DNA of 62,499 nucleotides, filler included, from Dugesia japonica (taxonomy: Eukaryota), in assembly GCA_001938525.1 (NCBI GenBank). It is 5 parts of 5 records of this genome, joined end to end, with 100 filler letters (N's around TTAATTAATTAA, not from the genome) between each part and the next. Parts side by side here need not be neighbours in the genome. Positions count along the whole stretch, not along the records: positions 1 to 11,935 come from MQRL01625295.1; positions 12,036 to 21,278 come from MQRL01569013.1; 3 more parts are not named here. One strand, given 5' to 3'. Positions 1 to 13,105 of this stretch are shown here, one piece after another. Position 1 is the stretch's first letter, and every line of letters begins with the position of its first letter. The translations under genes were made by a program, and so were the position numbers. The notes beneath the pieces were generated by a model. It did not search any database, was not told the DNA's origin, and saw nothing but the letters and a program-made list of their open reading frames with translations.

Positions 1-300
1 GTTTCTTGACAAATGGTTCATGTTATTTTATAAGTGACATTTTTCTTATTGCATATATTTATACCATCACAAATACATTTTGGACCACAAACATTTTTCT
101 TGGTTTCTGTAATTGGATATCCAAATGTGCTTGCTTTTTGAAATTAGTTCTTAAATTGTGTTTGAGTTCAACAATCTTTTATTTTTCATTCTGTCTCAAG
201 ATAACGATTGATCCATCGAAATATGTTACATTAAAGATTTGTTTTAAATGGCGTTATTTATTTTTTACTTAATAATATTCATACAAATTTTAAGTTATTT
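1..300 (-). mobile_element. Penelope-like retroelement fragment (Cys-rich linker and start of GIY-YIG endonuclease), decayed
   Basis: Minus strand reads ...KNVCGPKCICDGINICNKKNVTYKIT*TICQE, matching the CxxC..C..KNVVYxITCxxC pattern just before YIG in Penelope endonucleases. Contains stops and runs off the window edge. Confidence 0.6.
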
Positions 301-707
301 TTCAAAGTTAAATAACTTTTGTCCTATTTCGAAAGAGAAAGTAATATTTTACAAATATATTATTTTATGGCATACTAACTATATATCGAATTTTTTCAGC
401 ATCCTAGGGAAATAGTTCACGGACTTCTATAGTTAATAATTAGTATATAACATAAAACATAAAGCTTTATCGAATTTATCAATTTTCAATACAAAGTGAT
501 CCATAGATCAAATTACTATTAAATTTCTTTAAATTCACAACCGTAATTTTTCGGGAAAAAATAATAAGAAAAGAATAATTTGATCTTTACTTGTATTGAA
601 AACTGGTCTATAAGAAAAATTTGAAGTCAAAGAGAATAAAACAACGAAACGCATAAAATCAATATTGATAACAGGAGTTTCCACAGTCTATCTATAAACC
701 TTTTTTT

Positions 708-1178
708 GGTACTTGTCTTTTAGTTCAGCCGAATTATTTTAATTATTTTTTCTGAATTATTTTTTGTTTCTACAAATAATAAATTGATAAATAGATTGAT
801 TGTTAATATTAATTTGTTGCAATTATCCGCTGTATGTCATGATAAAATAATTATTCTACAGTTCCTTCAACAACATGGAATTGTGCATGAAATGCGTTGT
901 TGTACAAAAAACCATATAATGACTTTATCGCTGACAGATACATGATGCACATCGACAATTTGATGTGTTTGATTCGATACTCGCTGATATTGTGATTGTT
1001 TGGCTACATGTCTAACCGCTGGTAATTAGTGTTCAAACAGTTAAATATAACTTACTTCATGTTTTGGTATTATTATTAAAATAATCTGTTAAAAATAATT
1101 AATGTATTCATCAATCAATAGTAAGAACTAAAAATAAATCAGAAAAAATAATTCGGGTGAATTAAAAGACAAACGGCC
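708..1178 (+). mobile_element. Non-autonomous TIR DNA transposon, possibly Merlin-derived
   Basis: Inverted ends: ggtacttgtcttttagttcagccgaattatttt... versus ...aaaataattcgggtgaattaaaagacaaacggcc. Internal LQFLQQHGIVHEMRCCTKNHIMTL resembles a Merlin/IS1595-type N-terminus. Confidence 0.55.
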
Positions 1179-2453
1179 CTTTTTATATTAAATAAGCAAC
1201 CAGACTTTTTAAGAAAACTGTTGATTTTAATTTCAATGAACTAAGAAAATTAAATATTGTCGTACACAGATTATAATAAAAAAATACTAATACAAAAAAA
1301 TACAAAATATTAATAAACTAAAAGAGTAAAATGAATAAATCTTAATTAAGTGACTCCTTTGAAATTGAAACATATGTTTAAATATTTTAATATACATTAG
1401 TAAAAAATAGTCAACAAAGATGGTATACAAATTATCTACTAACTTTCACCAGATAACATTTATTTCATTGACTGTATAAATGAAAGTATAAAATGATTAC
1501 TAGATTTCTTTAAAAAATGGTTTTTTTTCTCTAGAAAAAAAGAGAAACATCAGATGAAAATGTATTTATAGAATATTTTTAATGAGAAAATTGTCATTTT
1601 CTAATGAAATTTACAAATCATTAAATAGATTTAAAAGATTTAACAAAAAAAATACAACTTTATTCTCTTTAATTATATTAATTTTAGTTTAATATCATTT
1701 CATTGAGAGTTTTTTTTTAAAAAAAAAATATTTAATGCATGTAAATCAGATCGTGTTTTTACATTAATTTCGTCAATAATACTTTGCAATTCGAATGCAA
1801 ACAATTGTTACTATTTTCAATGACTATTGTATAGCACATTTTATTTTAAACTCATATAATTTATATTCATATATTATGTAGTTTTATCGATTGATTTAGT
1901 TGAATTTTTAGAAGAGCACGTTTGGAATTTTTATATTTATAGACTACTATTAGTCATAAATAAATTTTGTTACTATATAAACCGAGTTTGCCCAAATGAA
2001 TAATAAAACGATAAAATTTTTATTTTACTAGATTTCCGAAAAATTAATTACACAGTTCAATTTAACTAAATTTAATTTAATTCGAAAATAATTAATAGAA
2101 AATAAAATTAATAAAAAAAATTAATATAAAAATTAACGAAATTTTTAGTGAATGTTTTTTATTAATTTATTTGTTTAAGGGATTGCGTAATTGGTTGCAT
2201 AATCAGAATTTCCATAAATAAGAATATTTAAATTGATTACAGAATTATACCTTATGTTGACAGATATTTAGTTGAAATATGTTGTAGTAATAAAATATAT
2301 TTTGAAATGACGTTTAAAACTATTTTTTTAAAGAACATTTTAATGAGAGAAATACCGTAAAATAGATGAATGATTCGATTGTTTGTTTATAAATATGTAT
2401 TTATGTGATATTGAGAAAAATATCTTGGTTTTATTTTTCACATGATATCCAAA

Positions 2454-2455
<2 letters not shown>

Positions 2456-2488
<33 letters not shown>
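2456..2488. repeat. (TA)n microsatellite
   Basis: Direct reading. Confidence 0.95.
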
Positions 2489-2492
<4 letters not shown>

Positions 2493-2817
2493 AGATTTGA
2501 GAAGTAAACATATAGAATCCACTAAGCACTCAATAGAAAACCGACGGATACAATTAGATTTCATGGAAAATTTTATGCAATTTAATCATCAATCTTTAAG
2601 CTATTACAAAATACAAATATTTACAGGAAATTTTGATATTTATTGATTTCCTTTGTATAATTCATAATTTTATTTCTCATATTTTATATTAGTAAAAGAA
2701 AATGGTGATTATATGATGTTTTCTCATTGTAATCAAATAATAAAAAATTATATTTTAATATTTTATTTGGATTAAATACAAAAAAAGAAATGAGCAATAA
2801 TTATGTATATGGTTTAA

Positions 2818-3036
2818 CCCTTATCCGGTCAGGTTCTTTAAGCTACGTAAAAGATTCGCGTGTGTGCAACAGACACAATGTAGAACTTTTCCGTACAAAT
2901 TGCGCATGCGTGTCGGTGAATTTGTGTGTGGATGAATGGGGGAGGTAAAGAAAATAATGAATTAATTAATTACCTCTAAATGAACATTTGCATGTATTTG
3001 AATGTATCCAACGGACACACCTTAGTCGGATAAGGA
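2818..3036. mobile_element. piggyBac-type MITE
   Basis: TTAA at 2814-2817 and 3037-3040. Ends cccttatccggtcagg / ccttagtcggataagga are inverted. Confidence 0.8.
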
Positions 3037-3679
3037 TTAATATGATATTTTAAATTAATATTATGTGTTGTTATATTAACATAGTCGTATTAAAATTTTA
3101 AAAGAATTGATTTCCTAAAAATAATTCGTTTAACTGTGAACTTTCTTTGTGTAAGAAAATATTTTGAATATTAAAGAATAATCAAGACTTAGTTAATTAT
3201 TCAACTATTCTAATTTTAGTTTTTGTAAAAGGCTATTTCTTTCTTAACATAAATAAAATCTTAAATAAATAAATTGTTTTAATTTAAAAATTTAATTTAA
3301 TTATAAACCTGCATTATATATATACACATTACTCACATGTGTAATTCACTAACACGTTACGGCCAATAAAATCGAGGTAATTTTTATTTATTTATAAAAT
3401 TAATAAAAAATCTATTTGGGAGATTTCTTTTTTGAATTACACAACCATCTAATATAAAGAGGTTTCTTCATGATATGTTATAATAACAATACCACGAACT
3501 CCATTAAATTCAGAATATTTTTATGAGTACCGATAATATATTGGGTGGTAAGTTATAGTACCGTACTAAAATATATAGACGTTATCGCTGAAATAATCAC
3601 TATTACCTCCAAGAATATAACGGAATGGTATACTTCTAAAGAAGAGGAAATTTTTCGAGTGAAACTTATTACTCTTTTG

Positions 3680-4065
3680 CGTAAAGTGGTGTTGTGCATT
3701 TGGTGGTGAAAAAGGTGTCGTCTACTACGAATTTCTTCCAAGAAATATAGTCATCACTGCCAAAATCAACTATTGACAAGTTAGTTGCCTTGGAGCTAAA
3801 ACTAAAAGAAAAAACCGGAAAGAAATTTGCAGCAAGTTATTACTCCTACTCACATTGCTAGCATCATAGTTTCTTGGTTGGGTAGTTATTCCACATTTGC
3901 CTTACTTTGCAGATCTTGCTCCATCAGATTTTCATCTCTAGTTAATAATATTCAAGAAATCCTCATTGATGACAGAGTTACACTTCAAAATTGGCTTGAT
4001 AACTTCTTTACTTCCAAACCAAAGGATTTATTTCATTAATCATTTGGTTTAATTGGTATTCATTA
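3680..4065 (+). mobile_element. Decayed mariner transposase fragment, interrupted by the hAT element at 4066
   Basis: LCIWW and (S)xDLAPSDFHL motifs and a WLDNFFTSKPKDLF C-terminal segment, with frameshifts. Confidence 0.75.
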
Positions 4066-5686
4066 TAGGATTGGCAAACCAGTTAAAACCGATTTTCTGG
4101 AAAATTAACCGGGAATTTTTTAAACTGCATTTAAAACGATTTAACATAAATTTTACAAAAGAAGACAAACCACTAATTCTCAATTCTATAATTTTTATAG
4201 GAAATTCTAATGTAATAAATAAGAACTAGTATTGTTTGCAAAATAAGCATACTTTTGAATAAGATCAGTAGGATATAACATTTAAAAAGATTTTTCATTA
4301 TTTTTCATTGTTATTTTGTTATAATAATATTACCTGTTTTACAAGAATTCAAGGTAATTTAATATTGAAAATTAAAACGTTCATTTTTATTAAAAATTTT
4401 AATATATATTCCGTTAGATAAATCATCAAAAGAGTTTCACTTGGAAACCTTTCACAAAAAATTAAAATGAAAAAGCAAATTGCAATATTTGTAATTATTT
4501 ATCATCCAACAATTTTTAAAGCTCATTGATTGCATGAAACAAACACTGAATGATTTACAAAAATTAAATATGCTCGAAGATGTTTCTGAAATAATGCTTA
4601 AAAATATTTGTGATGCTTTGTACAATTAATCACAATTTGTATAATTTGTCCCTTGTGAAATTAGTAGTGGAAGCTCTGGTACAATAGGACGCTACTCTAA
4701 TGGCCGAAACCATAATCATATTTATGTTGAATAAAATTGATTAGCTAAATACGGAAATAGGCAAAAGTTTATTCAATTCATTAAAATAAGAGGGTGCTTA
4801 CACATAAAAATATTAATTTAGCATTTTTGGAAAGATCCAAATTCAAATTCCAAATCACTTACTCAACCAGGAGTTTCTCTGCATTATTCTTCAAAAACGG
4901 AAATGTTAAATTTGAACAAGCGGTCATTAAAAAGATTGTTTCAATAAGNNNNNNNNNNNNNNNNNNNNNNNNNNNNNNNNNNNNNNNNNNNNNNNNNNAT
5001 CATATTTAAGTTGAATAAAATTGATTAGCTAAATACGGAAATAGGCAAAAGTTTATTCAATTTATTAAAATAAGAGGGTGCTTACACATAAAAATATTAA
5101 TTTAGCATTTTTGGAAAGATCCAAACTCAAAATCCAAATCACTCACTCAACCAGGAGTTCTCTGCATTATTCTTCAAAAACGGAAATGTTAAATTTGAAC
5201 AAGCGGTCATTAAAAAGATTGTTTCAATAAGAATCAGATCAGAAAGTTTGTTGAATGGTGAAAATAGTGAGATTAACATAACAAATGTGAATAATGATTT
5301 TGAAATGTCGCTTAATGATGAACTTAACATGGCTATAAAAATAGTGTACGCAAAAATCACAAGAATTCGTTATTGTTAACACGTTTACACGAAATTTAAT
5401 TTTTTCGAAGCCACTCATGGAAGAACAAACAACTTAGAATTGCTTTTCAATGTCTTACTTACAGTAAAACAAACTTCAACGGACTCAGAAAGAAGTATTT
5501 CTGTATCAGGAAATTTTTGCAATAAAATTAGAAGTCGTTTTGGTGATGAGTCGATAAATACTCTATTTAATCGCGTTTTTTAGCAAAGTAATACAATAAG
5601 TGAGATTTTATTATAGATTTAATTTGTTTCTTTAAAAACCCGGTTATAACCGGTTTTACAAGAAAGACGGTTTTTTGCAAACCCTA
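4066..5686 (+). mobile_element. Internally deleted hAT DNA transposon
   Basis: Perfect 8-bp TSD ATTCATTA (4058-4065, 5687-5694). TIR taggattggcaaa / tttgcaaacccta. Dimerization-domain remnant LLTVKQTSTDSERSISVSGNFCNKIRSRF near 5450-5545. Confidence 0.9.
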
Positions 5687-7279
5687 ATTCATTATTAGAT
5701 TAAACTTGCTTACAATAATTTCTTATTAAATAAAAAGTTTTAAGTTTCTCTAATCCCTGAAAAATTAATTATTATTTAAATTATTCACCCATTTCATTTT
5801 AATTAAATTACTCAAAAATTCATGTTAGCACACTTAATTTTTTTACATTATATTTTGTAAATGGTTTAGAATTCACTGAATTTCATTGTCAAATTATTAC
5901 TAGTTTATTTCAAATAAAAATTATTTATTTATTAATAAACAGTCCCATCAATCATCAATTTTACAGTATTTCTGACTGTAATAGATTTCATCCACTCGTA
6001 TTATTTACTATAGAACCATTTTAAATATAGCTAGTATATTTATTTCTCAAAACTGTACATTTTCTACAAATGAATTGCAGACAAGAATAATTATTTAGGT
6101 TTTTAAACATTAACATTGAAAAACCATTATTTCTTCGACTTTACTGAATTTATTTAGTAAATTATTAAAATTAAAATATTAATTCATTTTTTATTTTAAA
6201 CTTTTCTTTTAATGCTATTGTCGGGGATTACACAACACTTGAGCTCTGTTCAAGTTGAATGCAACTATATATCTGACTGAGTTCAATAAGATTCGTCTCT
6301 GTGAATTGACTTATTTAATTTCAATAAATAAATATTACTCTAATTTAGATTGAATCAAAACTCTTCCTTTAATAATCAAAATATATTTGAATTGAAATCA
6401 CAAAATATTTTTCTTTACAATTTTCACAAAACCATAAAATTTTAATTCTTCGGCAAATCTGCAAAATATACATAAAACTGAGCTCGTTTATAAAGTGCTC
6501 AAAATACACACATGCACGTTGTCTTTTACAAAATTTTCATTACTTTTTACATCAACGAATGGTGCTTTAAGCACACCTTGATATGACTTTTACAAATATT
6601 CACCAATAAAATAACTAATCAAATAAAATTCAAGAATGATTTTCCAATCAAATGATTTGGTCACACCGAAATCCCTTTGGCCGCATATCAACCTTTTAAA
6701 GAAGGTTGGGGAACGAATCCCTTTAAATTTTAAAATATTTCATATTTCTCTCAAAATTATTAGCAATCTCTATATTTCTCATGTGTAAAATATTTTATAT
6801 TCAAATTAATTATTTTGTTTAAATTTAATTATTCAAAGTTTTGATAATGTGTTTTTAACCATCTTCTCATCTACAAAAATAATTTCGTATTTATTACGAT
6901 GATTTGTGGTGCTTAGACTTTATTTTAAATTATGTATTTATATTTATAGTCAAATTATGTTCTCTTATAAATACACCCTTATTTTCATGAATCAATTGTT
7001 TGTTTCATTATTCATATTGATTTGTATTTTTACATAATTTATTTTTGCAATTTTATTTACTTTATTATATAGATTTAAATTTTACCATTTTATGTTTTAA
7101 TTTATTTTGAGATTTTGGAATTTCAAATTCATATTTTATTTTCTTTTCTCAACTATTACACTATATATACATATATTATTTTAAAAATCCATAAAATCAT
7201 TAAATCACTTAGTTTAAAAAAAATCTCAAAAATCAGTAAATTTAAACAAAAAAAATTAATACAATAAAACAAAAAATTT

Positions 7280-7577
7280 AAAATCTCTCAATGACATTTT
7301 AATATTAAATCTGCCCGAAGAATTTTAATATTAATCCTGCCCGGATGACAGTTGACATTGACCTAATTAAGATTGTCATGGAAATGTCCGTGACCTACAT
7401 ACATTCGGCATTCAAATATTCTCCCAATCAGAACTGAGTATACTAAATCAATCTGACCTTGAAAAATTTGACCTTGAATTATTTCAGCCAATGAGAATGA
7501 ATTATATTATAACACTGCCTTTTAAAAAATTGGACCTTGACGGGGGGGTTGTTCCAGTGCGCCACTATCTATCTACT
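7280..7577. mobile_element. Right terminus of a Maverick/Polinton-type element (left end not found)
   Basis: Ends in gggggggttgttccagtgcgccactatctatctact, the reverse complement of the AGTAGATAGATAGTGGCGCAC terminus seen at 14636 and 46732. Subterminal tgaccttga repeats. Confidence 0.75.
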
Positions 7578-7815
7578 TACATGGTACCCGGGTCGAGCTA
7601 AATATTTTGTTAAAGAGTCACTAAATGTTCTTTTAAAATGAAAGCCACAAAGTATTTTGGATCCATATAATTTTAATTACACTTGGCTTGATAACTACTT
7701 AACTTCCAAACCAAATAATTTCTTTATTCATGGATTCATATAGTACGAAGTCTATAGGAAAGAATGGTAAATAATGAATGGATAAGTTTCTTGATCCAAG
7801 TTTTTATTAAAATTT

Positions 7816-8613
7816 GGTGTGCCAACACTTAAACACACGACCTTTAAACATACGACATTTAAACACACGGACATATAATTTAAGAATAATTTGTATGTAT
7901 GACTATAATTTTATCGGCAAAATATTGAAATTGGTGTCTGATGGAAAAGGAAGCAAAACAGTTCCATCGTTATCTGCTAGTGCAGCTTTTCTGTGTCTTT
8001 GAAGACTTTGAACAGTTGACGGGAAACTGTTCCTACAACTGCAGCAGATGTTGCAGATGTTTCGCTTATCTTTTCCTTCATTTGAGCGATAGCAAGACGA
8101 GCGAGTGATGTTGAGTAGTTGCCTTAGTGAGAATGTTCTTGATCTTTGTTGCTGACAATCTGATCTTCTAATGTTTTCAAATGAGCTTTACACTTATAAC
8201 TCTGATACATTTTACAACGCCAATAAATTTCTCTATTCTTATTCTCACGAACCTGAACATACTCAAAATTTCTGCATATTAATGTTAAACGTAATTTTGT
8301 TGATTAGCGAAAAGTAACAGTATCTTCTTGTGCTGTCATATCGCCATAATGAATAATATATTTTTATATAAAAAACTTAAAATTTGATATTTTTAAACAA
8401 ATTTTTCAATAATATTCAAACCCGTATCTTTATATATACGCCTGAAACAAAAGCGTCAATCTGTTGCAGTGATAGATAAGTCCGTGTGTTTAAATGTCGT
8501 ATGTTTAAATTTTATGTGTTTAAGTATCCATGTGTCTAAGTGTCTGTGTGTTTAAAAGTCGTGTGTTTAATTGTCGTGGGATTATCTGTCGCGTGTTTAA
8601 TTGTCATTTAACC
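7816..8613 (-). mobile_element. Mutator-like (MULE) deletion derivative with FLYWCH zinc-finger remnant, inserted in a mariner remnant
   Basis: GG...CC ends with arrays of taaacacacgac subrepeats in inverted orientation. Flanking duplication TAAAATTT (7808-7815, 8614-8621). Minus strand reads FEYVQVRENKNREIYWRCKMYQSYKCKAHLKT...EHSH. Confidence 0.85.
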
Positions 8614-8789
8614 TAAAATTTATAATAAATAGCTTAATTAAGGTTTCCTTAGTCACTAAATACTTAATTAAAATACTTACTGTCAAAATAATTAAATTAA
8701 ACTATTCTTAATGTACAGGAGAACAATTACACTTTGATGTGGATTATATGGACGTCTTAATTCACGCGAAACAATTATTATTAACAATC

Positions 8790-9868
8790 GATTATGGTAC
8801 AAAATTTAAATGATTCCCGGGAAACGAGAATATTTCACAGTTATTCCCCGGAATCTCGAGTAAACCGAAAATAAAATTTGCAAATAAAAAAATCAAATAA
8901 AATAATCATTTTTTTAAAATTAAAACAAAGAACTTAATTACTAATATAACAGAAAAAGTTTTAATGAGTTCTGAGACAAACTAGCGCATGAACTAAAATG
9001 TCGTTGAGTCGTGTCCTAATTTCAGGAACAAAAAGGCCAGCAGTCGAAAATATCCTAACATTTTCCACTGAGGTTAGATTAAAACAAAAATAAAAAACCA
9101 TTTTCAATTTGTTTGATAAATTTCCACTAGCCTCAAATAAATTAAATTCTTTAAATATAGTCGTATATTCTTTATCTTCAGAACTTTGTTTTTATTGTGC
9201 TCATATTTATAGCACTTTCGAGCTTTTGTTTTAAAATATTTGTTAGTATTTCTGCTTCAATTTTATCTTACGTATCGGAAATCAATATGCTATATTTATT
9301 TTCAAGTTCAACAGTGTCTTCAGTAATATTAACTGGAAATATGTGGTGTTATAATTCTTTAGAAAATTTAATCATTTCAGATTTCAACGACATTTAAAAA
9401 AAATTATCATATTGTTTAGAATACAATAAATTTTAATTATTTAGTTACTTTACCAATGAAATTAAAATTTTTCCAATCGAGTTATCATGCGTAATTTAAA
9501 ATGTTTTAGTAATTCTCGAGATATTGAATCATCTAAAGTATTTAACGTTTCTTACACAAATGACATAATCTCTCACCTTTTATTAAAATCTATATCACTT
9601 CGACATTATGCTTTGGACGCTAATTTTACTGGAGGTAAACAATCAATTAATACTCTTACTATTTGAACAAGTGATCTTCGTTTTCAAGAAGATGTGAAGC
9701 ACTAATTTCAGATAGACTTTTTTTAATCGGAATTTCAATTTGCTCAAATGTTTCCAACATATCTACCAAGCTATTTCTTATATGAGGACAAGTCTTTATA
9801 ATTATCCCGGGAATTGACTTCTGTTTCCCTGGTAATCGAGAACGAGAAATCCAGGTAGAGAAACCGTA
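8790..9868 (-). mobile_element. Decayed hAT transposon derivative
   Basis: cccgggaa/cgagaa subterminal motifs at both ends. Minus strand reads TSVE..RIFSTAGLFVPEIRTRLND (hAT dimerization motif) at about 9000-9075. Boundaries approximate. Confidence 0.7.
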
Positions 9869-10964
9869 GTTAGCAGCCTAATTATTTCGGAAACCAGTAG
9901 TCTGAAAATTGCATATTGTTTGTAGAAATAAATAATATTCCTAGCTCAGCTTATTTCTGCCCAATCTTTTTACCGTTATTAATGAATAAAATTAACGATT
10001 TCATCAAGAAATTGTGAGAATTGGAAACAACTATTAAGAATGGCATGGTAATAGTATGATTGGGGGTTTTGCAACAGGAATGGAATACTTAACACAACTG
10101 AAAGACATCACGATTAAATTACTTTTCTTTAAACAAGAAATAATTTTAAAAGTAGACAATTTTTATTAGAATTCTAAATTAACTTTCGCTTTCTCTTTAT
10201 GTTTTGTTTTTCTTCAAATACTATATTTTACTAAAACATTATTGTGTTTTAACATTAATGTTTTACATATTTAACTGTTGTAAAATACAACTATAATTTG
10301 TATCTGTATTTCCTGGTTGCAGACACTCAATCATCAGATTTAGGTAAAATAATAGTAACTTTACTATGGGATATGGCTTGAAAAAGAAAATTTGAAATCA
10401 GGAAGCCAAATATTTTCTTAGTAAACTTGATAAATTCACCGTTGCACAAACGTTGCTCCTATGTGTAATAAACAGAGATTAAATAAAAATATTAAATTAT
10501 CATTGTGTGAAAATTAATACAGAAAACTTATACTTTTACTTTTTAACAATTTATTTTAGCAATACAATATAGATTAACTGTTAATAATTAAGCGGTGTTA
10601 CAAATACCATAATACCTACATTTTATTTTTAATTATATTAATCATTGCTTTGACTTATATCTCTATCATAATAATAATTCGATTGAAATTTTTAACCTTG
10701 ATTCTTATATGCTTTTCTTATTTTATTCTATGATGATTCTTCTTTGCTTATTTCGACTGCATATATTAGTCTAGTTTTCTCTTTATGCTTGGTATTTGCC
10801 TACACCTTCCTTGCTTTTGTCGTTAATTCTTTTAAATCTTTATATTCTGCTGCTAATAAAGCTTTTCGAATATAATTATTTGTCCCATTCAGAAATTGAA
10901 ATTCTATTATATGTCCAATATTATCTCCCTTACCAAAAGCTTGCTCTGCTAATTTTGTCAATTC

Positions 10965-11290
10965 ATATATATACGTCAATTAAAAATCGCAGATATTTAA
11001 ATGTAAACGCTCACATCAAGGACGAATTTTGGAGCCTTAGATTAGCTAGAGTTTTTGGTTCACGGCAGGCTGAAAAATGCATTGAGTTAGTTCAAAAAGT
11101 TTTGACGTAGTTTATGCTGAATTACGATGAAGACATTGTTTGCATTACTCCTGGTGGAGCTTTTTTAATGCGGAAAGTAGAACGTTTAAGCAACTGTGAT
11201 CAAGAGTTTTGCATTGTTCATGGCATTCAATTGCGTGTGGAAGACGTTTTGTACAAAAAACCGTCAACGTCTGCCAAAAAAAGCTAGATA
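10965..11290 (+). mobile_element. hAT transposase catalytic-core fragment
   Basis: TSIKNRRYLNVNAH..FWSLRLARVFGS..AEKCIELV...DIVCIT.GGA..M.K....CIVHGIQL.V.DVLYKK. Contains the decayed TDGA position and the CxxH motif of hAT transposases. One stop. Confidence 0.8.
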
Positions 11291-11509
11291 AACAAATTCT
11301 AGATTGGTTTAATTGTACTTGAATACTTTTAAGATAATTTTTTGTTGTAACTTCTTTTTCTACAGTCCCTTCTTTTTTCTTTTAAGTTTTACTAATTTGT
11401 TGAATAAATAAATTATTATTCTTTTGATATGAAATTTCTGAATCTTTTNNNNNNNNNNNNNNNNNNNNNNNNNNNNNNNNNNNNNNNNNNNNNNNNNNNN
11501 NNNNNNNNN

Positions 11510-11935
11510 TAATAATTTCCTGAATCTAAAGTCGTTTTTGAGGTAATTCTATTTAAAAATGAAACTTGAATAGATTTATTTGTGTTTATTCTTTCTAAAA
11601 GATTTACTTCCATTTTAGGAACTAATCTACATTCTGGCATCTGGAGTTCTAGAGTCATTAATTTTAAAGTAGCAGTTGTACCTGCTTCACCATAAAATAT
11701 TAAATTATCATTCATTTGTCGATTACAAGTAAATTCAATCATTGTATTATATAATAATCGATTGTAACATTGTAAAAAACCAAATAAAATTTTCAAAGGA
11801 AAATAACCTTCGAATTTATTTTTTGAATTATAAAATTTCTTTCTTTTAAAAAAACCAGTACTTGCATTCCAACTAGTAACATCTAAATAACCATCATTTG
11901 CATCAGGAATCCATCCAGATAATTCTCCATAAATC
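11510..11935 (-). CDS. Maverick/Polinton double-jelly-roll major capsid protein, internal fragment between two assembly gaps
   Basis: About 140 open codons: ELSGWIPD...NASTGFFKRK...KFEGYFPLKILFGFLQCYNRLLYNTMIEFTCNRQMNDNLIF...LKLMTLELQMPECRL...LLERINTNKSIQVSFLNR. This fits the GF..R / PL..(I/L)FGF...Y / MP / I...F..R pattern recalled for Maverick capsids. Confidence 0.7.
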
Positions 11936-12035
11936 NNNNNNNNNNNNNNNNNNNNNNNNNNNNNNNNNNNNNNNNNNNNTTAATTAATTAANNNNNNNNN
12001 NNNNNNNNNNNNNNNNNNNNNNNNNNNNNNNNNNN

Positions 12036-12084
<49 letters not shown>

Positions 12085-12129
12085 TTAACAATAATAATAA
12101 TAATAATATAATTATGACTGTAAGTATTA

Positions 12130-12392
12130 TTGAATTCATTTAAAATAAAAGCTTCGATCAAAAATTTTTTTTATTGATATTTGATAACAATTGGATATTT
12201 CGACTTTGTCTTCTTCAGGAATTGAAAGGTCAATTCCTGAAGAAGACAAAGTCAAAATATCGAATTGTTATCAAATATCAATAATAAAAAGCAAACAAAA
12301 ATTTTTGACCGAAGTCTTTATTTTAAATTAATTCTGTAAACGGTCAATGGTTAAGTCCAACAATTATTCTCGCAATAGTTGCAATTGTAAAA
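12130..12392. mobile_element. Penelope-like terminal repeat in head-to-head (palindromic) arrangement
   Basis: Near-perfect palindrome centred on 12226-12229 with arms of about 90 bp. It is followed by a tail (gtcaatggttaagtccaacaattattctcgcaata...gcaattgtaaaa) also present at about 20150, 39880 and 55735. Confidence 0.75.
12231..12267 (+). ncRNA. Minimal type I hammerhead ribozyme motif (mirror copy on minus strand at 12188-12224)
   Basis: CAATTC-CTGAAGA-A-GAC-AAA-GTC-(G/A)AAA-TA-TC-GAATTG: 6-bp stem I, CUGANGA core, short stem II, GAAA, minimal helix III and a UC cleavage site. The plus copy has G>A in GAAA. The minus copy keeps GAAA but has one stem-I mismatch. Confidence 0.7.
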
Positions 12393-12914
12393 TATATATT
12401 ATTAATCATTATTTAATTAAATTAATAATAATAATAATTTTTTTAAATATTTAACATAGCAAAATTAACTAATATAAAATCTAATTATTTACATTTATGT
12501 TTTTGCCAATTTAACATTAAACTATAATTTTCTTAATTATTTTAAATTGTTATTAGATCAGTTGAATTCTTTTGAGAATAATATCCAGATGAGAAATGTT
12601 CTTCCATTTCAATTATGCTAAATCGTTATCTGTTTATGACAAAATGATTTTTTTTTAGAAAATTCTCTGCATCTTTTTATTTTTTAACTTCTATTTTATT
12701 TCACATTATAAATAATCACAATTCTAAATTAAAGGTTTCAGAAAATAAAATTTGGACATCTGATTTTTATCGAATCATATTCATTGTGAAATCACAATTT
12801 GAAATGAATATTCAAATTGAAAAATAATTTTTTTTAACAAGTACAATAAAATCATCACATTTTGATTTTGCACAAAAGAAAATACGTTTTTAAATGCCGA
12901 TATTTTTAATAGTA

Positions 12915-12922
12915 AATAATAC

Positions 12923-12975
<53 letters not shown>

Positions 12976-13038
12976 GTAATAATAATAANNNNNNNNNNNN
13001 NNNNNNNNNNNNNNNNNNNNNNNNNNNNNNNNNNNNNN

Positions 13039-13103
<65 letters not shown>

Positions 13104-13105
13104 TT
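12915..13105. repeat. (AAT)n microsatellite containing a gap; similar tracts at 12036-12110, 30660-30733 and 55110-55562
   Basis: Direct reading. Confidence 0.95.

Noticed and set aside
4715-5230. Direct duplication of about 230 bp across a gap; similar cases at 32060-32225 and 50348-50450
   Set aside because: Copies abut N runs, so these are most likely unmerged contig overlaps.
10690-10950. Minus-strand decayed frame resembling retrotransposon gag (QFLNG...IRKALL)
   Set aside because: Too short and degenerate to support a call.
11980-11991. TTAATTAATTAA between N runs, also at about 21323, 30778 and 42092
   Set aside because: An identical 12-mer with stops in all frames, always flanked by Ns. 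This is an artificial scaffolding spacer, not biology.
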